Shown piece after piece: positions 8,025 through 17,461 of a stretch of 32,000 nucleotides of DNA (position 1 is its first letter; the number at the start of each line of letters is the position of its first letter). The notes under the pieces are model-generated. The model worked only from the letters and a program-made list of their open reading frames with translations. It was not told the origin of the DNA and searched no databases. Position numbers and translations under genes: made by a program. The stretch covers positions 630,001-662,000 of the forward strand of contig CP001848.1 of NCBI GenBank assembly GCA_000025185.1, in the 5' to 3' direction. Origin of the DNA: Pirellula staleyi DSM 6068 (GTDB lineage: Bacteria; Planctomycetota; Planctomycetia; Pirellulales; Pirellulaceae).

Positions 8025-8066
8025 TCTTAGAAGATCTATCGTTTTGATACAGACGATCTCTTAAGA
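8025..8066 (+). terminator. Imperfect stem-loop directly after the methyltransferase stop
   Basis: The arms TCTTAGAAGATC (8025-8036) and GATCTCTTAAGA (8055-8066) pair at 10/12 positions plus one G-U. There is an inner TATC/GATA pairing. No clear U-tract. Confidence 0.3.
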
Positions 8067-8178
8067 AAACTTACGGCTAAGTACGCTCCCTTCTCGAGAT
8101 TGACCTTAAAATCGATCGACGACACGATTCAATATCGAATATTGACAGAACCTCCCAGTATTTTGGCTTTGATGTTAT

Positions 8179-9321
8179 ATGCCCGACAGTTTGCGACAGG
8201 AAATCGCATCAGCCGCTCACACGATCGTCATTAAAGTTGGCACACGATCGATCACGCATAGCGACGGAACGCTGAACACCGAGCGCATTCAGCAATTGGC
8301 CGAAGATATCACGCGCTGCTGCAACGCTGGCAAACGCGTGGTGCTGGTGAGCAGTGGTGCCGTCGGCGCAGGGATGAGTCTGCTGGGCCTGAAATCGCGC
8401 CCCACCGATCTCGCGAAGCTGCAAGCGGTGGCTGCGGTTGGGCAAGCGCATCTGATTCAAACCTACGACAAAACCTTCAGTCAACTCGGTCGCCGCGCTG
8501 CACAGGTGCTGCTGACGCTCGACGATGTGAAGGATCGCATCCGCTACCTGAACGTCCGTAACACGCTGCTGTCGATCCTCGAACTCGGCGCTGTGCCAAT
8601 CATCAACGAGAACGACACGGTGAGCGTGGACGAACTGATGACCACCTTTGGCGACAACGACCGCCTGGCAGCAATGGTCACCAACTTGATTCGCGCTCCC
8701 CTGTTGGTGATTGTGTCGGACGTCGAAGGACTTTACGACGGCGATCCGAGCCTTTCCTCCTCGCAGCTCATTCCGACGGTCACCGCCATCGACGAGCGGA
8801 TTCTTTCGTTCGTACGCGACAAGAAAACGGGGCTCAGCAAAGGTGGCATGGCAAGCAAACTCGAAGCTGCGCGAATCGTCACGACCGCTGGCGAAAATGT
8901 GATCATCGGCAACTGCAAGCGGACCAGCATCCTGACCGAAGTGATGTCGGGCGAACTGGTCGGAACGCTCTTCGCTGGACAAGGAAAAGCGATCAGCCCG
9001 TTCAAACGTTGGCTTGGTTTCACCGCCGTAACGCGCGGCAAATTGCAGCTCGATGCTGGTGCGCGTAAGGCGATTGTGGAGCAAGGACGAAGCTTGCTCG
9101 CAGCGGGAATCTCCGATGTTCAAGGGAAGTTTGGCAAGGGAGATGTCGTGGCACTCTGCGATGCCGAAGGGCAAATCATAGCGCGCGGCCTCACAAACTA
9201 TAGCGCCGACGATGTCGAGCGGATCAAGGGACTCAAGAGCGCCAAGTTTGCACAGGTGCTCGGCCACTCCCCCTACGACGAAGTGATCCACCGCGACAAC
9301 CTAGTGCTGGTGTCGAAGTAA
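8179..9321 (+). CDS. proB: Glutamate 5-kinase with C-terminal PUA domain
   Basis: 380 aa. Contains IVIKVGTRSIT, VVLVSSGAVGAG, INENDTVS, GDNDRLAA, and a C-terminal PUA-like segment GKLQLDAGARKAIVEQGRSLLAAGI...GDVV. Confidence 0.9.
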   Translation: MPDSLRQEIASAAHTIVIKVGTRSITHSDGTLNTERIQQLAEDITRCCNAGKRVVLVSSGAVGAGMSLLGLKSRPTDLAKLQAVAAVGQAHLIQTYDKTFSQLGRRAAQVLLTLDDVKDRIRYLNVRNTLLSILELGAVPIINENDTVSVDELMTTFGDNDRLAAMVTNLIRAPLLVIVSDVEGLYDGDPSLSSSQLIPTVTAIDERILSFVRDKKTGLSKGGMASKLEAARIVTTAGENVIIGNCKRTSILTEVMSGELVGTLFAGQGKAISPFKRWLGFTAVTRGKLQLDAGARKAIVEQGRSLLAAGISDVQGKFGKGDVVALCDAEGQIIARGLTNYSADDVERIKGLKSAKFAQVLGHSPYDEVIHRDNLVLVSK

Positions 9322-9364
9322 CCGTCTCAGGGCTGTCGCTCGCACCCATCCAAGAACGCACTGT

Positions 9365-9394
9365 GGCCGCTGCGCGGGTACTCGCGCAGCGGCC
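9365..9394. terminator. Perfect 12-bp GC-rich hairpin between convergent genes (GGCCGCTGCGCG-GGTACT-CGCGCAGCGGCC)
   Basis: Read directly. It lies between the proB stop (9321, plus) and the stop of the TadG/vWA gene (9483, minus). No U-tract on either side. The position suggests a bidirectional terminator or RNA-stability element. Confidence 0.45.
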
Positions 9395-9482
9395 TGGCAG
9401 TGTGGGGAGGGGACGTGGTCGGTCTCCCTAACGGTGTTCTAAGCGACCGGTCAAGCCGGTCCAGCATCTTCGTCGCAGGCAG

Positions 9483-11258
9483 TTACTTCACGAGTTTCAG
9501 CGGACGTGCCTTTGCGATCTTGCGGAACGTTTCCGACAGCTGATCGTGATACTGCTCGATCGTCGAACCACCCGGCACATTGAAGTGCGTTGAGTTGGTG
9601 ATGGTCGCAACCTGCTCCATGATGTCGGTATCAGCGTTCGTCCCCAAGCTGAGGGTCACGACCGGATACTTGCGACTGTCGTGGGCACACAAATTGGCTT
9701 CGCTGATCAAATAGTTCTCAGCATTCGCGATGCTATACGATCCATTACGCCAGTTCGCCTGACCGTCGGTGATCAGCACGATCATCTTGAAGGCGTTCGG
9801 CCGGCCATGCTGATCGAGATGCAACCGGGCCGCATTCAAACCACCACCGATGTTGGTGTACTCGTGGTAGTGGCCTGCTTGACGCTGATTGGCAATCGTA
9901 GCCACTTGCTCCACCTCCAACGTCAGTGGCACTTCCACCATGCCTTCGCCGTTGGGTGCGTTGTAGACCGCAAGTCCGACACGATCTTGCACTTCCACTT
10001 CGGTGATGAAGTCCATGAATATCGCCAGCGAATCTTTCAAGGCACGGACCGGCTGGGCATGCGTTTTCCAGAGCACTGGTGTTTGTGCGTAAGAACGTCG
10101 ACTTTCGAGCCAGTAGTTCATTAAGTTCAAATAGCCATATTTATAACGGTAACCGGCATTTTTATTGGAGTTGCTACTCTGTTCGCAGTAGTCAATGTAA
10201 GCATCCCAGCTTCCATTATAAGGATAGGAGACACTATTTAGACCGAAAGCCTTCTTCACCATGTTATTCATGTTGCTGCTGGAGAAGTCGAAAGGTTCGC
10301 CATAGTTGGTCCCTTCACCACTTAGGTTATTGCCCGACTTCACCCAAACTTTGGTGATCTGCTTTCCACTGTTGGTGCTAGAACCTTGGAATGTGCCGGT
10401 TTTCGCGGACAGCCCACTGAACGTTTGCCTCGTCCCGCCTGAGAACTGCAGCACTACGTTTTCGAGATTCAGCGTGCTAGTGACGTATACAGATGTGTTG
10501 CGATACTCGACGTAGATTTGGGGTTTGGAGCCATCCGTTGGAACTGCACCCTTGCAGTTGGCCCATTTCGGCTCGAAAGTCAGTGAGCCATAGGTGGGAT
10601 TACCGATGTCGGCCCAGCATTGCTGGAGGTTCGACTCCACCCAGCTGCGCCCCAGTTTGCCGAAGGCTTCGAACGTGCTGTCGTCGTTCATCGAGCCGGA
10701 GAAGTCGAGCACCACCATGATGTCGCGTGGCTGATACATGGCGACCGATGAAGCCCGGATCGAAAACGAATCCTTCCCCAAGATTTTGCCGAAGAAGGTC
10801 GGCATGGTGGGATATTCCATCGAAACCGAGAGGGTCGAGGGAAGGGTGTTGGTTGTCTCGAACGAGCGGGTGCTGGCGTTCCATTCTCCCGCTTCCACTT
10901 CGAAGTCGTCGCCATGCTCGGCCACGAACTGGGCGATTTTGGCAGGGACTTCTTCTTCGTTGACGAAGGTCATCGAGCTGCCCACGGGATTTCGCACCAG
11001 ATACTCGGTCGCTTTGGCCTGAGCGATGTCGGTCCCTTCGACAAGACTCCCTGCTCCGGCCAAGGCAGCAGCATCGACCGAACGCTGCAGCTGCGTTTGC
11101 ATGGTGTACATGTAACCGACATCCACCGCGAAGGCGATCATGCCGAGCATGACCACCATGAGCACTGCGGTGAAGACAATGATGTTGCCGCGACGAGCGA
11201 CAGGATGGCCGGGCAGTGGCAAACGGCGACCACTGCGATTTTGGGAAGCAAGCGACAT
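9483..11258 (-). CDS. TadE/TadG-like N-terminal domain protein with a split von Willebrand factor A (vWA) domain
   Basis: Start moved to ATG 11258, which follows GGAGGA (11266-11271). The ORF-track start at 11291 has no SD. The N-terminus RRGNIIVFTAVLMVVMLGMIAFAVDVGYMYTMQTQLQRSVDAAALAGA is the Flp-pilus TadE/G-like motif. The MIDAS motif is VVLDFSGSMND. The later vWA blocks are DRVGLAVYN, YTNIGGGL and MIVLITDGQAN. Confidence 0.75.
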   Translation of the reverse strand: MSLASQNRSGRRLPLPGHPVARRGNIIVFTAVLMVVMLGMIAFAVDVGYMYTMQTQLQRSVDAAALAGAGSLVEGTDIAQAKATEYLVRNPVGSSMTFVNEEEVPAKIAQFVAEHGDDFEVEAGEWNASTRSFETTNTLPSTLSVSMEYPTMPTFFGKILGKDSFSIRASSVAMYQPRDIMVVLDFSGSMNDDSTFEAFGKLGRSWVESNLQQCWADIGNPTYGSLTFEPKWANCKGAVPTDGSKPQIYVEYRNTSVYVTSTLNLENVVLQFSGGTRQTFSGLSAKTGTFQGSSTNSGKQITKVWVKSGNNLSGEGTNYGEPFDFSSSNMNNMVKKAFGLNSVSYPYNGSWDAYIDYCEQSSNSNKNAGYRYKYGYLNLMNYWLESRRSYAQTPVLWKTHAQPVRALKDSLAIFMDFITEVEVQDRVGLAVYNAPNGEGMVEVPLTLEVEQVATIANQRQAGHYHEYTNIGGGLNAARLHLDQHGRPNAFKMIVLITDGQANWRNGSYSIANAENYLISEANLCAHDSRKYPVVTLSLGTNADTDIMEQVATITNSTHFNVPGGSTIEQYHDQLSETFRKIAKARPLKLVK

Positions 11259-11819
11259 GAGAGATTCCTCCCCCGGAGCGTCCGGGTGCACAACAGCAAG
11301 CAGATGCAGTGGTTCGCAAGTTGGCGTTCGTCAGCTGGCCTCACAGCCGACAGAAGGACCGGGAACAACCATTCCCAGCCCGTCACCAACCCGCTGCCAG
11401 CGAGCTAGTGATCTTCCGCCAAGAAGAACCATAGCTCACAAAATCTATGCGTGAGGTATGCAATTAAATCTATGGAGGTTTTGTTATTCAGGTCGTAACG
11501 TTTCGCCGATCGGCAATCCGATAGGCCAACCCTTCCCTTGCTAGACGTAAGTTTCATCAATAATTAGCTTTAGAAGCGGCTGCTTCCTCCGTCTCCCCCA
11601 GTTGCCGAGGTGGGGGCACGATCGCTACAATCCGCCTGACCTAAATCAAGGCACCGTAAGGTGTAAGCGACGAACTGGGGGCTTCTTTCATGGGCTCCCG
11701 AAAAAAATCGTCGATCAGGCTCTAAAAAATTTTCGGTAGCGAGTGTTTCAGGGCGGTTGCGCTGAGAACTCGGCTGCTGGTTACTCGTACGATCTGCAAA
11801 CTGGAAGGTGAACTCTCCT

Positions 11820-12281
11820 ATGCAACGCACTTTGGTTCTTTTGAAGCCCGACGCCGTGCAACGACGCCTGATGGGTCGCATCCTGACCCGCTTCGAAGAC
11901 AAGGGTCTTAACGTCATTGCCATGAAGATGTTGCGCGTGACGCCCGAGCTGTCGGCCAAGCACTACGCCGAACATGTCAGCAAGCCGTTTTACCCAGCCC
12001 TGGAGAAGTTCATCACCGCTTCGCCGATTGTGGCGATGGTGGTAGAAGGTCTCGATGTGATTCGCGTGGTTCGCGAAATGCTCGGTAAGACCAACGGTCT
12101 GATGGCCGCTTCGGGAACGATTCGTGGCGACTTCTCCAGCAGCAAGCAGATGAACCTGGTGCATGCTTCGGATGGAGAAGAAGCAGCAGCTCGCGAGATC
12201 TCGCTCTACTTTGCTCCGACCGAAGTTCATCCTTACACCCCTTGCCTCGTCGACTGGTTCAAAGCCCCCGACGAAGCGTAA
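11820..12281 (+). CDS. ndk: Nucleoside diphosphate kinase
   Basis: MQRTLVLLKPDAVQRRLMGRILTRFEDKG...GTIRGDF...NLVHASD (catalytic His). ATG 11820 is preceded by GGAAGGTG (11803-11810). GTG 11808 in the ORF track lies too close to that SD. Confidence 0.9.
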   Translation: MQRTLVLLKPDAVQRRLMGRILTRFEDKGLNVIAMKMLRVTPELSAKHYAEHVSKPFYPALEKFITASPIVAMVVEGLDVIRVVREMLGKTNGLMAASGTIRGDFSSSKQMNLVHASDGEEAAAREISLYFAPTEVHPYTPCLVDWFKAPDEA

Positions 12282-12558
12282 GTGCACAGGTCTGCGAGTT
12301 TTTCGCGCCCCTCTGCACGGAAGACGTAACTTCGAGCCTCGCGCGGCGAGCATCTGCTTGCCCAGCGAGGCTTTTTCGCGCGCTAACCGGGGCCAATCTC
12401 CCTATTCCGCCCTTTTCGCCTCCTGTCACTGGGCTCAACTGCTCTTTGCCATTTTGCCCGGTTGTGCTACGACTCGCAGTTGCCACGGGGCCGGTTTGGG
12501 GCAATGTCGCGCGCGGAGGATTCGCGCGGACTCAACGTGCAAGTGCAGGGACGCCACG

Positions 12559-14826
12559 ATGTCGCGATTTTGGGAAGCAATCAAGCGGGCAAAGCAGCGA
12601 GTCAATACGCGGCTGGCCATTCTTATTGTCGTGATCGCCGGAGCTTCGTACGGAGGCTACCTCGGCATCGTTCGGCTCACGCAGTCGAAGCCAGTTTCCC
12701 CTACGAAAAAAGTGGTGACTGGTGGTGGCCAAGTGGCACCACCTGCGGTCGAACTGGAAATCCCTGGTGCTCCGCCAGCGGCAGCGAACACGCAGCAAGC
12801 GAGTTACAACGAAGCCTCGCTCTATCCTTCGAGCAGCCCCTCCCCTTATACCGTTTCTGACGCCCCTCCTGCTGCTCCACCATCGAGCGGCGGCTATGGC
12901 TACGACGATGCCACCAGCCCAGCCACCGAAGTTCCAGCTGCACCAGCGACTTATGGTGTAGCTGACGATTCGCCTGCGGTAGCGGCACCCTCGAATCCTT
13001 ATCGCGAATCGCTGGCGAGCAACGAGACGGCAGTCGTGACCGAAGAGCCACCAGTCGCACAGCCTCCTACGGCTTTGCCTGCGGAAGATCCGTACGCCCA
13101 AGGGAGCTCGAATGCCTACGGCACTTCGCCAGCTCCTGCCACAGCATCGCCCTATGGCGCAGAACCAGCTCCGCTCGCGGAGAGCTCGCCGCCGCAGTTC
13201 GCCCCAGAAACAGCAGCGGGGTCGCCAGCGGTTACAGAGCCCGAACCTTCGGCCTACGGACCTCCCTCAGCTTATGGTTCATCGCGCCGCGCTGATTTGC
13301 CTGCCGATAGCGGCGCACCTGTCGACGCCGGTTCGACCTACGGCGCCGCGGCTCCAGCCTATTCCAGCAGCTCGGCTGAACCGCGTTCACTCGCTCCTCA
13401 AACGATCGCCATGTCGGACGTTGCGGGCCTGGGTGTGCCGGGCGAACGAGAACTCGAAGGGACGCAAGCTCCCGCCATTTCGGTCGAAAAACTGGCACCC
13501 GCCGAGATTCAGGTGGGTCGACCTGCAGTGTTTGAAATTCGTGTACGCAACGCAGGTCAGTCGATCGCTCGGCAAGTGCTGCTGAGCGATTTTGTACCGC
13601 AAGGAACAAAACTGATTGCCAGCGAACCGCAGTTCACGCGCGGTCCCGAAGGCTCGCTGCTGTGGCAACTAGGAGACATGCAGCCCGGCGATGAAAAGCT
13701 TGTGAAGCTCGAACTGATGCCCCTTTCCGAAGGTGAAATCGGTAGCGTAGCGCAAGTGACATTTGCTGCGATGGCAACCTCGCGATCGCTCTGCACCAAG
13801 CCAGCGCTTGTGATCGAGCATACCGCCCCGGCTCAAATTTTAATTGGCGAATCGATGACGATGGCGATCACGGTCACCAATCCAGGGACCGGCGCTGCCA
13901 CCGGCGTCGTCGTGGAAGAAGATGTCCCCGCTGGTCTTTCGCATCTGGCTGGTAGTGAACTCGAGTACGAAATCGGTACGCTGCGTCCCGGCGAATCCAA
14001 GCGACTCGAGCTGAGCATCAAAGCCGAAAAAGCGGGCATCATTGAAAACACGATTGTGGTTCGTGGTGAAGGGAATCTCGCCGCCGAACATAAAGTAAAC
14101 ATTGAAGTCTTGGCCCCGCAGCTGAGTGTGAATGTCGATGGTCCGAAGCGTCGCTTTCTCGAGCGGCAAGCGAAGTACAACATCTCGGTGGGAAATCCTG
14201 GTACTGCAGCGGCGCGCGACGTCGAGCTGGTGGCCTATTTGCCCAAGGGGATGAAGTTCGTCGAAACCGATTCGCGCGGGCAGTACGACGCGCAGCAGCA
14301 TGCGGTGTTCTGGAGCCTCGCTGAACTTCCAGCCTCGAAAGCAGGAACGGTGCAGCTCACCACCATGCCGATCGAAACGGGCGAACTAAAACTGCGTGTC
14401 GAAGGTCGTGGCGCTGTGAATCTGCAAGCTTCGAGCGAACAACTGGTGCAGGTCGAAGCTGCCGCCGAACTGCTCCACACGATTGCCGATCTCTCCGATC
14501 CGATCGAAGTGGGAAGCGAGACGGGCTACGAAGTACGCGTTACCAATGTCGGCACTAAAGCAGCCACCAACGTGCGTATTCTGGCAACACTTCCTCCCGA
14601 CATGCGAGCCACCGGCGGCGACGGCCCTACGCGGGCCACAAGCGATGGCCAGCGCGTGCAGTTTGAACCGCTCGCGCGGCTGAATCCGCAAGAGGAAGTG
14701 GTCTTTCGCGTGACAGCTCAAGGGCTAAAGGCGGGGGATCAACTAATTCGCGTGCAGGTCTCGAGCGACGAATGGCAAACGCCCGTCACGCGCGAAGAAA
14801 GCACCCGTGTGTACGACGATCGCTAG
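12559..14826 (+). CDS. Membrane-anchored surface protein: N-terminal TM helix, ~330-aa P/A/S/Y-rich disordered region, then tandem DUF11-type repeat domains
   Basis: The likely start is ATG 12559 (MSRFWEAIKRAKQRVNTRLAILIVVIAGASYGGYLGIV). Four or more repeats carry DUF11 signatures: VRNAGQSIARQVLLSDFVPQGTKLI; VTNPGTGAATGVVVEEDVPAGLSHL; VGNPGTAAARDVELVAYLPKGMKFV; VTNVGTKAATNVRILATLPPDMRA. The ORF-track start at 12163 overlaps ndk and its translation looks non-coding. Confidence 0.75.
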   Translation: MSRFWEAIKRAKQRVNTRLAILIVVIAGASYGGYLGIVRLTQSKPVSPTKKVVTGGGQVAPPAVELEIPGAPPAAANTQQASYNEASLYPSSSPSPYTVSDAPPAAPPSSGGYGYDDATSPATEVPAAPATYGVADDSPAVAAPSNPYRESLASNETAVVTEEPPVAQPPTALPAEDPYAQGSSNAYGTSPAPATASPYGAEPAPLAESSPPQFAPETAAGSPAVTEPEPSAYGPPSAYGSSRRADLPADSGAPVDAGSTYGAAAPAYSSSSAEPRSLAPQTIAMSDVAGLGVPGERELEGTQAPAISVEKLAPAEIQVGRPAVFEIRVRNAGQSIARQVLLSDFVPQGTKLIASEPQFTRGPEGSLLWQLGDMQPGDEKLVKLELMPLSEGEIGSVAQVTFAAMATSRSLCTKPALVIEHTAPAQILIGESMTMAITVTNPGTGAATGVVVEEDVPAGLSHLAGSELEYEIGTLRPGESKRLELSIKAEKAGIIENTIVVRGEGNLAAEHKVNIEVLAPQLSVNVDGPKRRFLERQAKYNISVGNPGTAAARDVELVAYLPKGMKFVETDSRGQYDAQQHAVFWSLAELPASKAGTVQLTTMPIETGELKLRVEGRGAVNLQASSEQLVQVEAAAELLHTIADLSDPIEVGSETGYEVRVTNVGTKAATNVRILATLPPDMRATGGDGPTRATSDGQRVQFEPLARLNPQEEVVFRVTAQGLKAGDQLIRVQVSSDEWQTPVTREESTRVYDDR

Positions 14827-14943
14827 TGCTGAAGCGGCGATAGCATTTGCGCGGCGCGCTGCTCCGTGAGAATGACTTGTTACAAAACTTTCGTAGCATC
14901 GACTCCGTCTAGCTGCATAATCACGCACTAGGAGGACTCGAAG

Positions 14944-15543
14944 ATGCCTACGAAGCTTTCTCAGAAGGTAGTGGCCACTGCACTGCTGCCCGGAGTGTTG
15001 CTCTGGAGTCTAGCGCTCTGGGGATCGGTGCTGCTCGGCACTAGCACAGCGCAAGAGCCTGCCGAGAAACGCCTCGCCCGCGAAGCTAACAGCAACTCGC
15101 TGATTCGCGAGCATCGTAAGGCAATTGTGCTCAGTAACAGCTCGTCGTGGTCGGGCTGGCCTGCCGACCGTGCCTTCGACGAGAACCCCAAGACGAGCTG
15201 GTTCACAGCTCGCGGCGATGCGGCTGCTCTGGGAACCAAGCCGTGGATCGCGGCTGAATTTCCCGCCGACGTGACGGTGAAACGAATCACGCTGCTGTCG
15301 AATCGCGAACCACCATGGGAAACCGGCTACACGATCCTGGTCGGAAGGCTCGAACTGCTCGATGGGGATGGGGTGGTTCTCTTTTCGCGCGATGATGAGC
15401 TGGGGGGAGAGCGGGCCGATATGGATGTGCGGCTGAAAGCGCCACTCGCCAAAGTGCGCAAGATTCGCTTCACCTCACTGCGCGATGAAGGGGACCAAAA
15501 CCCATACGACGATATCGCCATCGGCGAGATTCTTGTCGAATAG
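14944..15543 (+). CDS. Secreted or anchored discoidin (F5/8 type C, galactose-binding-like) domain protein
   Basis: 199 aa. Hydrophobic N-terminus VVATALLPGVLLWSLALWGSVLLGTSTAQE. The domain pattern is ADRAFDENPKTSWFT...KPWIAAEFPADVTVKRITLL...VRKIRFTSL...IAIGEILVE. Confidence 0.55.
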   Translation: MPTKLSQKVVATALLPGVLLWSLALWGSVLLGTSTAQEPAEKRLAREANSNSLIREHRKAIVLSNSSSWSGWPADRAFDENPKTSWFTARGDAAALGTKPWIAAEFPADVTVKRITLLSNREPPWETGYTILVGRLELLDGDGVVLFSRDDELGGERADMDVRLKAPLAKVRKIRFTSLRDEGDQNPYDDIAIGEILVE

Positions 15544-15665
15544 CCAGTCGCACAGCAGCAGCAATGACCTGGACATATTCGGCCCCTTGCGGTACTCCTC
15601 GTCACGAGAGCGGCTGTAGCGATGTTGCCGCAAACGCAGCTTCCCAGCGAACCCGAGTCTGAACT

Positions 15666-16421
15666 ATGGCAGGCATGAGGCCTTCGATGAGCGCGACGCC
15701 CCTGTTCTATCCGAAACAAACCAACAACGGGCTCTATTGTCAGCTGCACGCAGCAGGGCATCCAACCGCAGAAATCCTGCGTGTGCAGCATGCCTACCGC
15801 CTCTGCTCGAAGCTGTTCAACGGTCGATTTCGTAAGACCGAGCGGGCGTTCATCTGTCACGCTGTTGGGGCCGGTTCGTCGATGGCACACTTCGACCGGC
15901 GAATCGATTTGATCATCGCCTCGATGCTGCATGCGGCCTACGACAGTGGGCAATTTCCCGATGGACGGATTGGGCTCTCCGATGCGCATCGCCATTGGCT
16001 GAAAGCGCAAGTGGGAGAGACCACCGAGCGTTTGGTACGCGACTATCTCGAGTTGCCATTTGGTCCGGGAAAGCCCGAGCAACATGCCCAAACCGGATAT
16101 CCCGAAGAGCAGCGCGAAGTGATGCTGATGGCGCTGACGCACGAAGTTGACGACATGGCCGATGCTGGCTTGGCGCTCGCGCCGAAGTATGGCGCATCGA
16201 TCGTCGCGCGGGCGGAGGCATGTGCGTATCTCGCGCGGCAACTCGGCCAGGAAGCGCTGGCGCAAACCTTAGAAGGTCATGCGCAAACTTATACCGACAT
16301 GGCCTGGACCGCTGAACTCGAGGCTGAGCAGCTCGAAGGCTTTCGCATCGCGCCGAACATGCTCACTTACATCCGTTTGCAGCGCGACAGTTGGCGCGGC
16401 AAAGCGGTGCAAGTTTTCTAG
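15666..16421 (+). CDS. Hypothetical protein, possibly HD-superfamily-like
   Basis: 251 aa, with coding-like composition. The segment NGLYCQLHAAGHPTAEILRVQHAYRLCSKLFNGRFRKTERAFICHAVGAGS...ASMLHAAYD resembles a family of HD-like hypothetical proteins. This is a weak recollection only. The start is uncertain (ATG 15666, 15675 or 15687). Confidence 0.4.
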   Translation: MAGMRPSMSATPLFYPKQTNNGLYCQLHAAGHPTAEILRVQHAYRLCSKLFNGRFRKTERAFICHAVGAGSSMAHFDRRIDLIIASMLHAAYDSGQFPDGRIGLSDAHRHWLKAQVGETTERLVRDYLELPFGPGKPEQHAQTGYPEEQREVMLMALTHEVDDMADAGLALAPKYGASIVARAEACAYLARQLGQEALAQTLEGHAQTYTDMAWTAELEAEQLEGFRIAPNMLTYIRLQRDSWRGKAVQVF

Positions 16422-16475
16422 GAAAGACTCGCCGCACGCTCGGAAAGTTAATCGAGGTGGACGTTATGCCTCGTC

Positions 16476-17459
16476 TTAAGCGGCCGACGAGATGCGCGCT
16501 GGCTCGGCAATTGCAGTTGGCAATGCAAGGGGCGAGTTCGTTGCTGCTGGTCGATGCTTCGTGGTGACCGACCACGCGCGCCGCTGGGAAGCTGCTGTCC
16601 GATAGCCGCGCACGAGCTCCCAGAGTCCAAATCGAAGCGCGGCTGCCCGACGATTCGCGCGGTAGGCCGACCATGCTTGCGACCAGCGGCCACGAAAAAG
16701 ATCCGACAGCAGATGCCGCGTGACGTGATAGCCGGTGATCTCGCGATACTTCGCACACAGCTCGGGGTTAGCCTGCAGCAGTTCGCCGAGCGCTTCCACA
16801 TACCCTTCGCGTGGAAGCGAAATCGAATCGACCGAAGGATGCTTGACCCAGTCGACATTCGACAGAAGCTGGGCTCCTCCTAAGCGCGACAATCGAAGCA
16901 ACACTTCGCGATCTTGCAAACGGAAAATCGTAGGATCAAAGCCACCTGCGGCCAGCAAGTGATCGCGCCGCACCGTGATGCTGGTGCCAGCGATGCAAAT
17001 GCCGTAGCCCATCAACGCCTGCTCGAGCTGCGTGCCACTTAGCAGCAGCGCCGGATTCACAGCATCGACACGTCGCTGGCGTTTGTGCGTTTCAAACGAG
17101 CTGAGTAGCAGTCGAGCGTCGGCCTGAGTGGTACAGATCTGGCTGAGCCACTGTAGTCGATGCGGCAGGAACTCGTCGTCGGAATCGAGGAATGTAATCC
17201 ACGAACTACGCGCAGCCTCGATCCCCACGTTACGCGCCCAGTTAGCGCCGCGATGTTCTGCGAGCTCGATGAATCGAATGCGCGGGTCGCGAAGCGACTT
17301 GACATAGTCGCGCGTCGAGTCGGTCGAACCGTCGTCGACAATCAGATGCTCGTAGTCCGAGCATGTTTGCGCTTGCACGCTCCGAATGGCGCGCTCGAGC
17401 ACCGGACGCCGGTTGTAGGTCGGTGTCACGACAGAAAATCGAATCGATCGCTGGGTCAT
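16476..17459 (-). CDS. Family 2 glycosyltransferase
   Basis: The start is ATG 17459 (MTQRSIRFSVVTPTYNRRPVLERAIRSVQAQTCSDYEHLIVDDGSTDST...FLDSDDEF), 2 nt after the stop of the upstream gene. The longer ORF-track version (to 17798) overlaps that gene. Confidence 0.85.
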   Translation of the reverse strand: MTQRSIRFSVVTPTYNRRPVLERAIRSVQAQTCSDYEHLIVDDGSTDSTRDYVKSLRDPRIRFIELAEHRGANWARNVGIEAARSSWITFLDSDDEFLPHRLQWLSQICTTQADARLLLSSFETHKRQRRVDAVNPALLLSGTQLEQALMGYGICIAGTSITVRRDHLLAAGGFDPTIFRLQDREVLLRLSRLGGAQLLSNVDWVKHPSVDSISLPREGYVEALGELLQANPELCAKYREITGYHVTRHLLSDLFRGRWSQAWSAYRANRRAAALRFGLWELVRGYRTAASQRRAWSVTTKHRPAATNSPLALPTAIAEPARISSAA

Positions 17460-17461
17460 CA

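Noticed and set aside
8143-8148. Perfect TTGACA hexamer upstream of proB, considered as a -35 promoter element.
   Set aside because: No acceptable -10 hexamer lies at 16-19-bp spacing. Planctomycete promoter rules are also poorly defined, so I make no call.
9517-9525. Recurrence of ATCTTGCGG at 9517, 22094 and 25525, which might suggest a dispersed motif related to the direct repeats in the pilus-cluster gap.
   Set aside because: The copy at 9517 is inside the TadG/vWA coding sequence. The shared core is only 9 nt, and the pattern was found post hoc. Only the 12-nt-identical pair at 25517-25600 is retained.
12163-12558. Upstream extension of the DUF11 protein ORF, which would overlap the 3' end of ndk by ~120 nt.
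   Set aside because: The extension translates to R/C/S-rich sequence that does not look like protein. ATG 12559 gives a sensible charged N-terminus followed by a TM helix.
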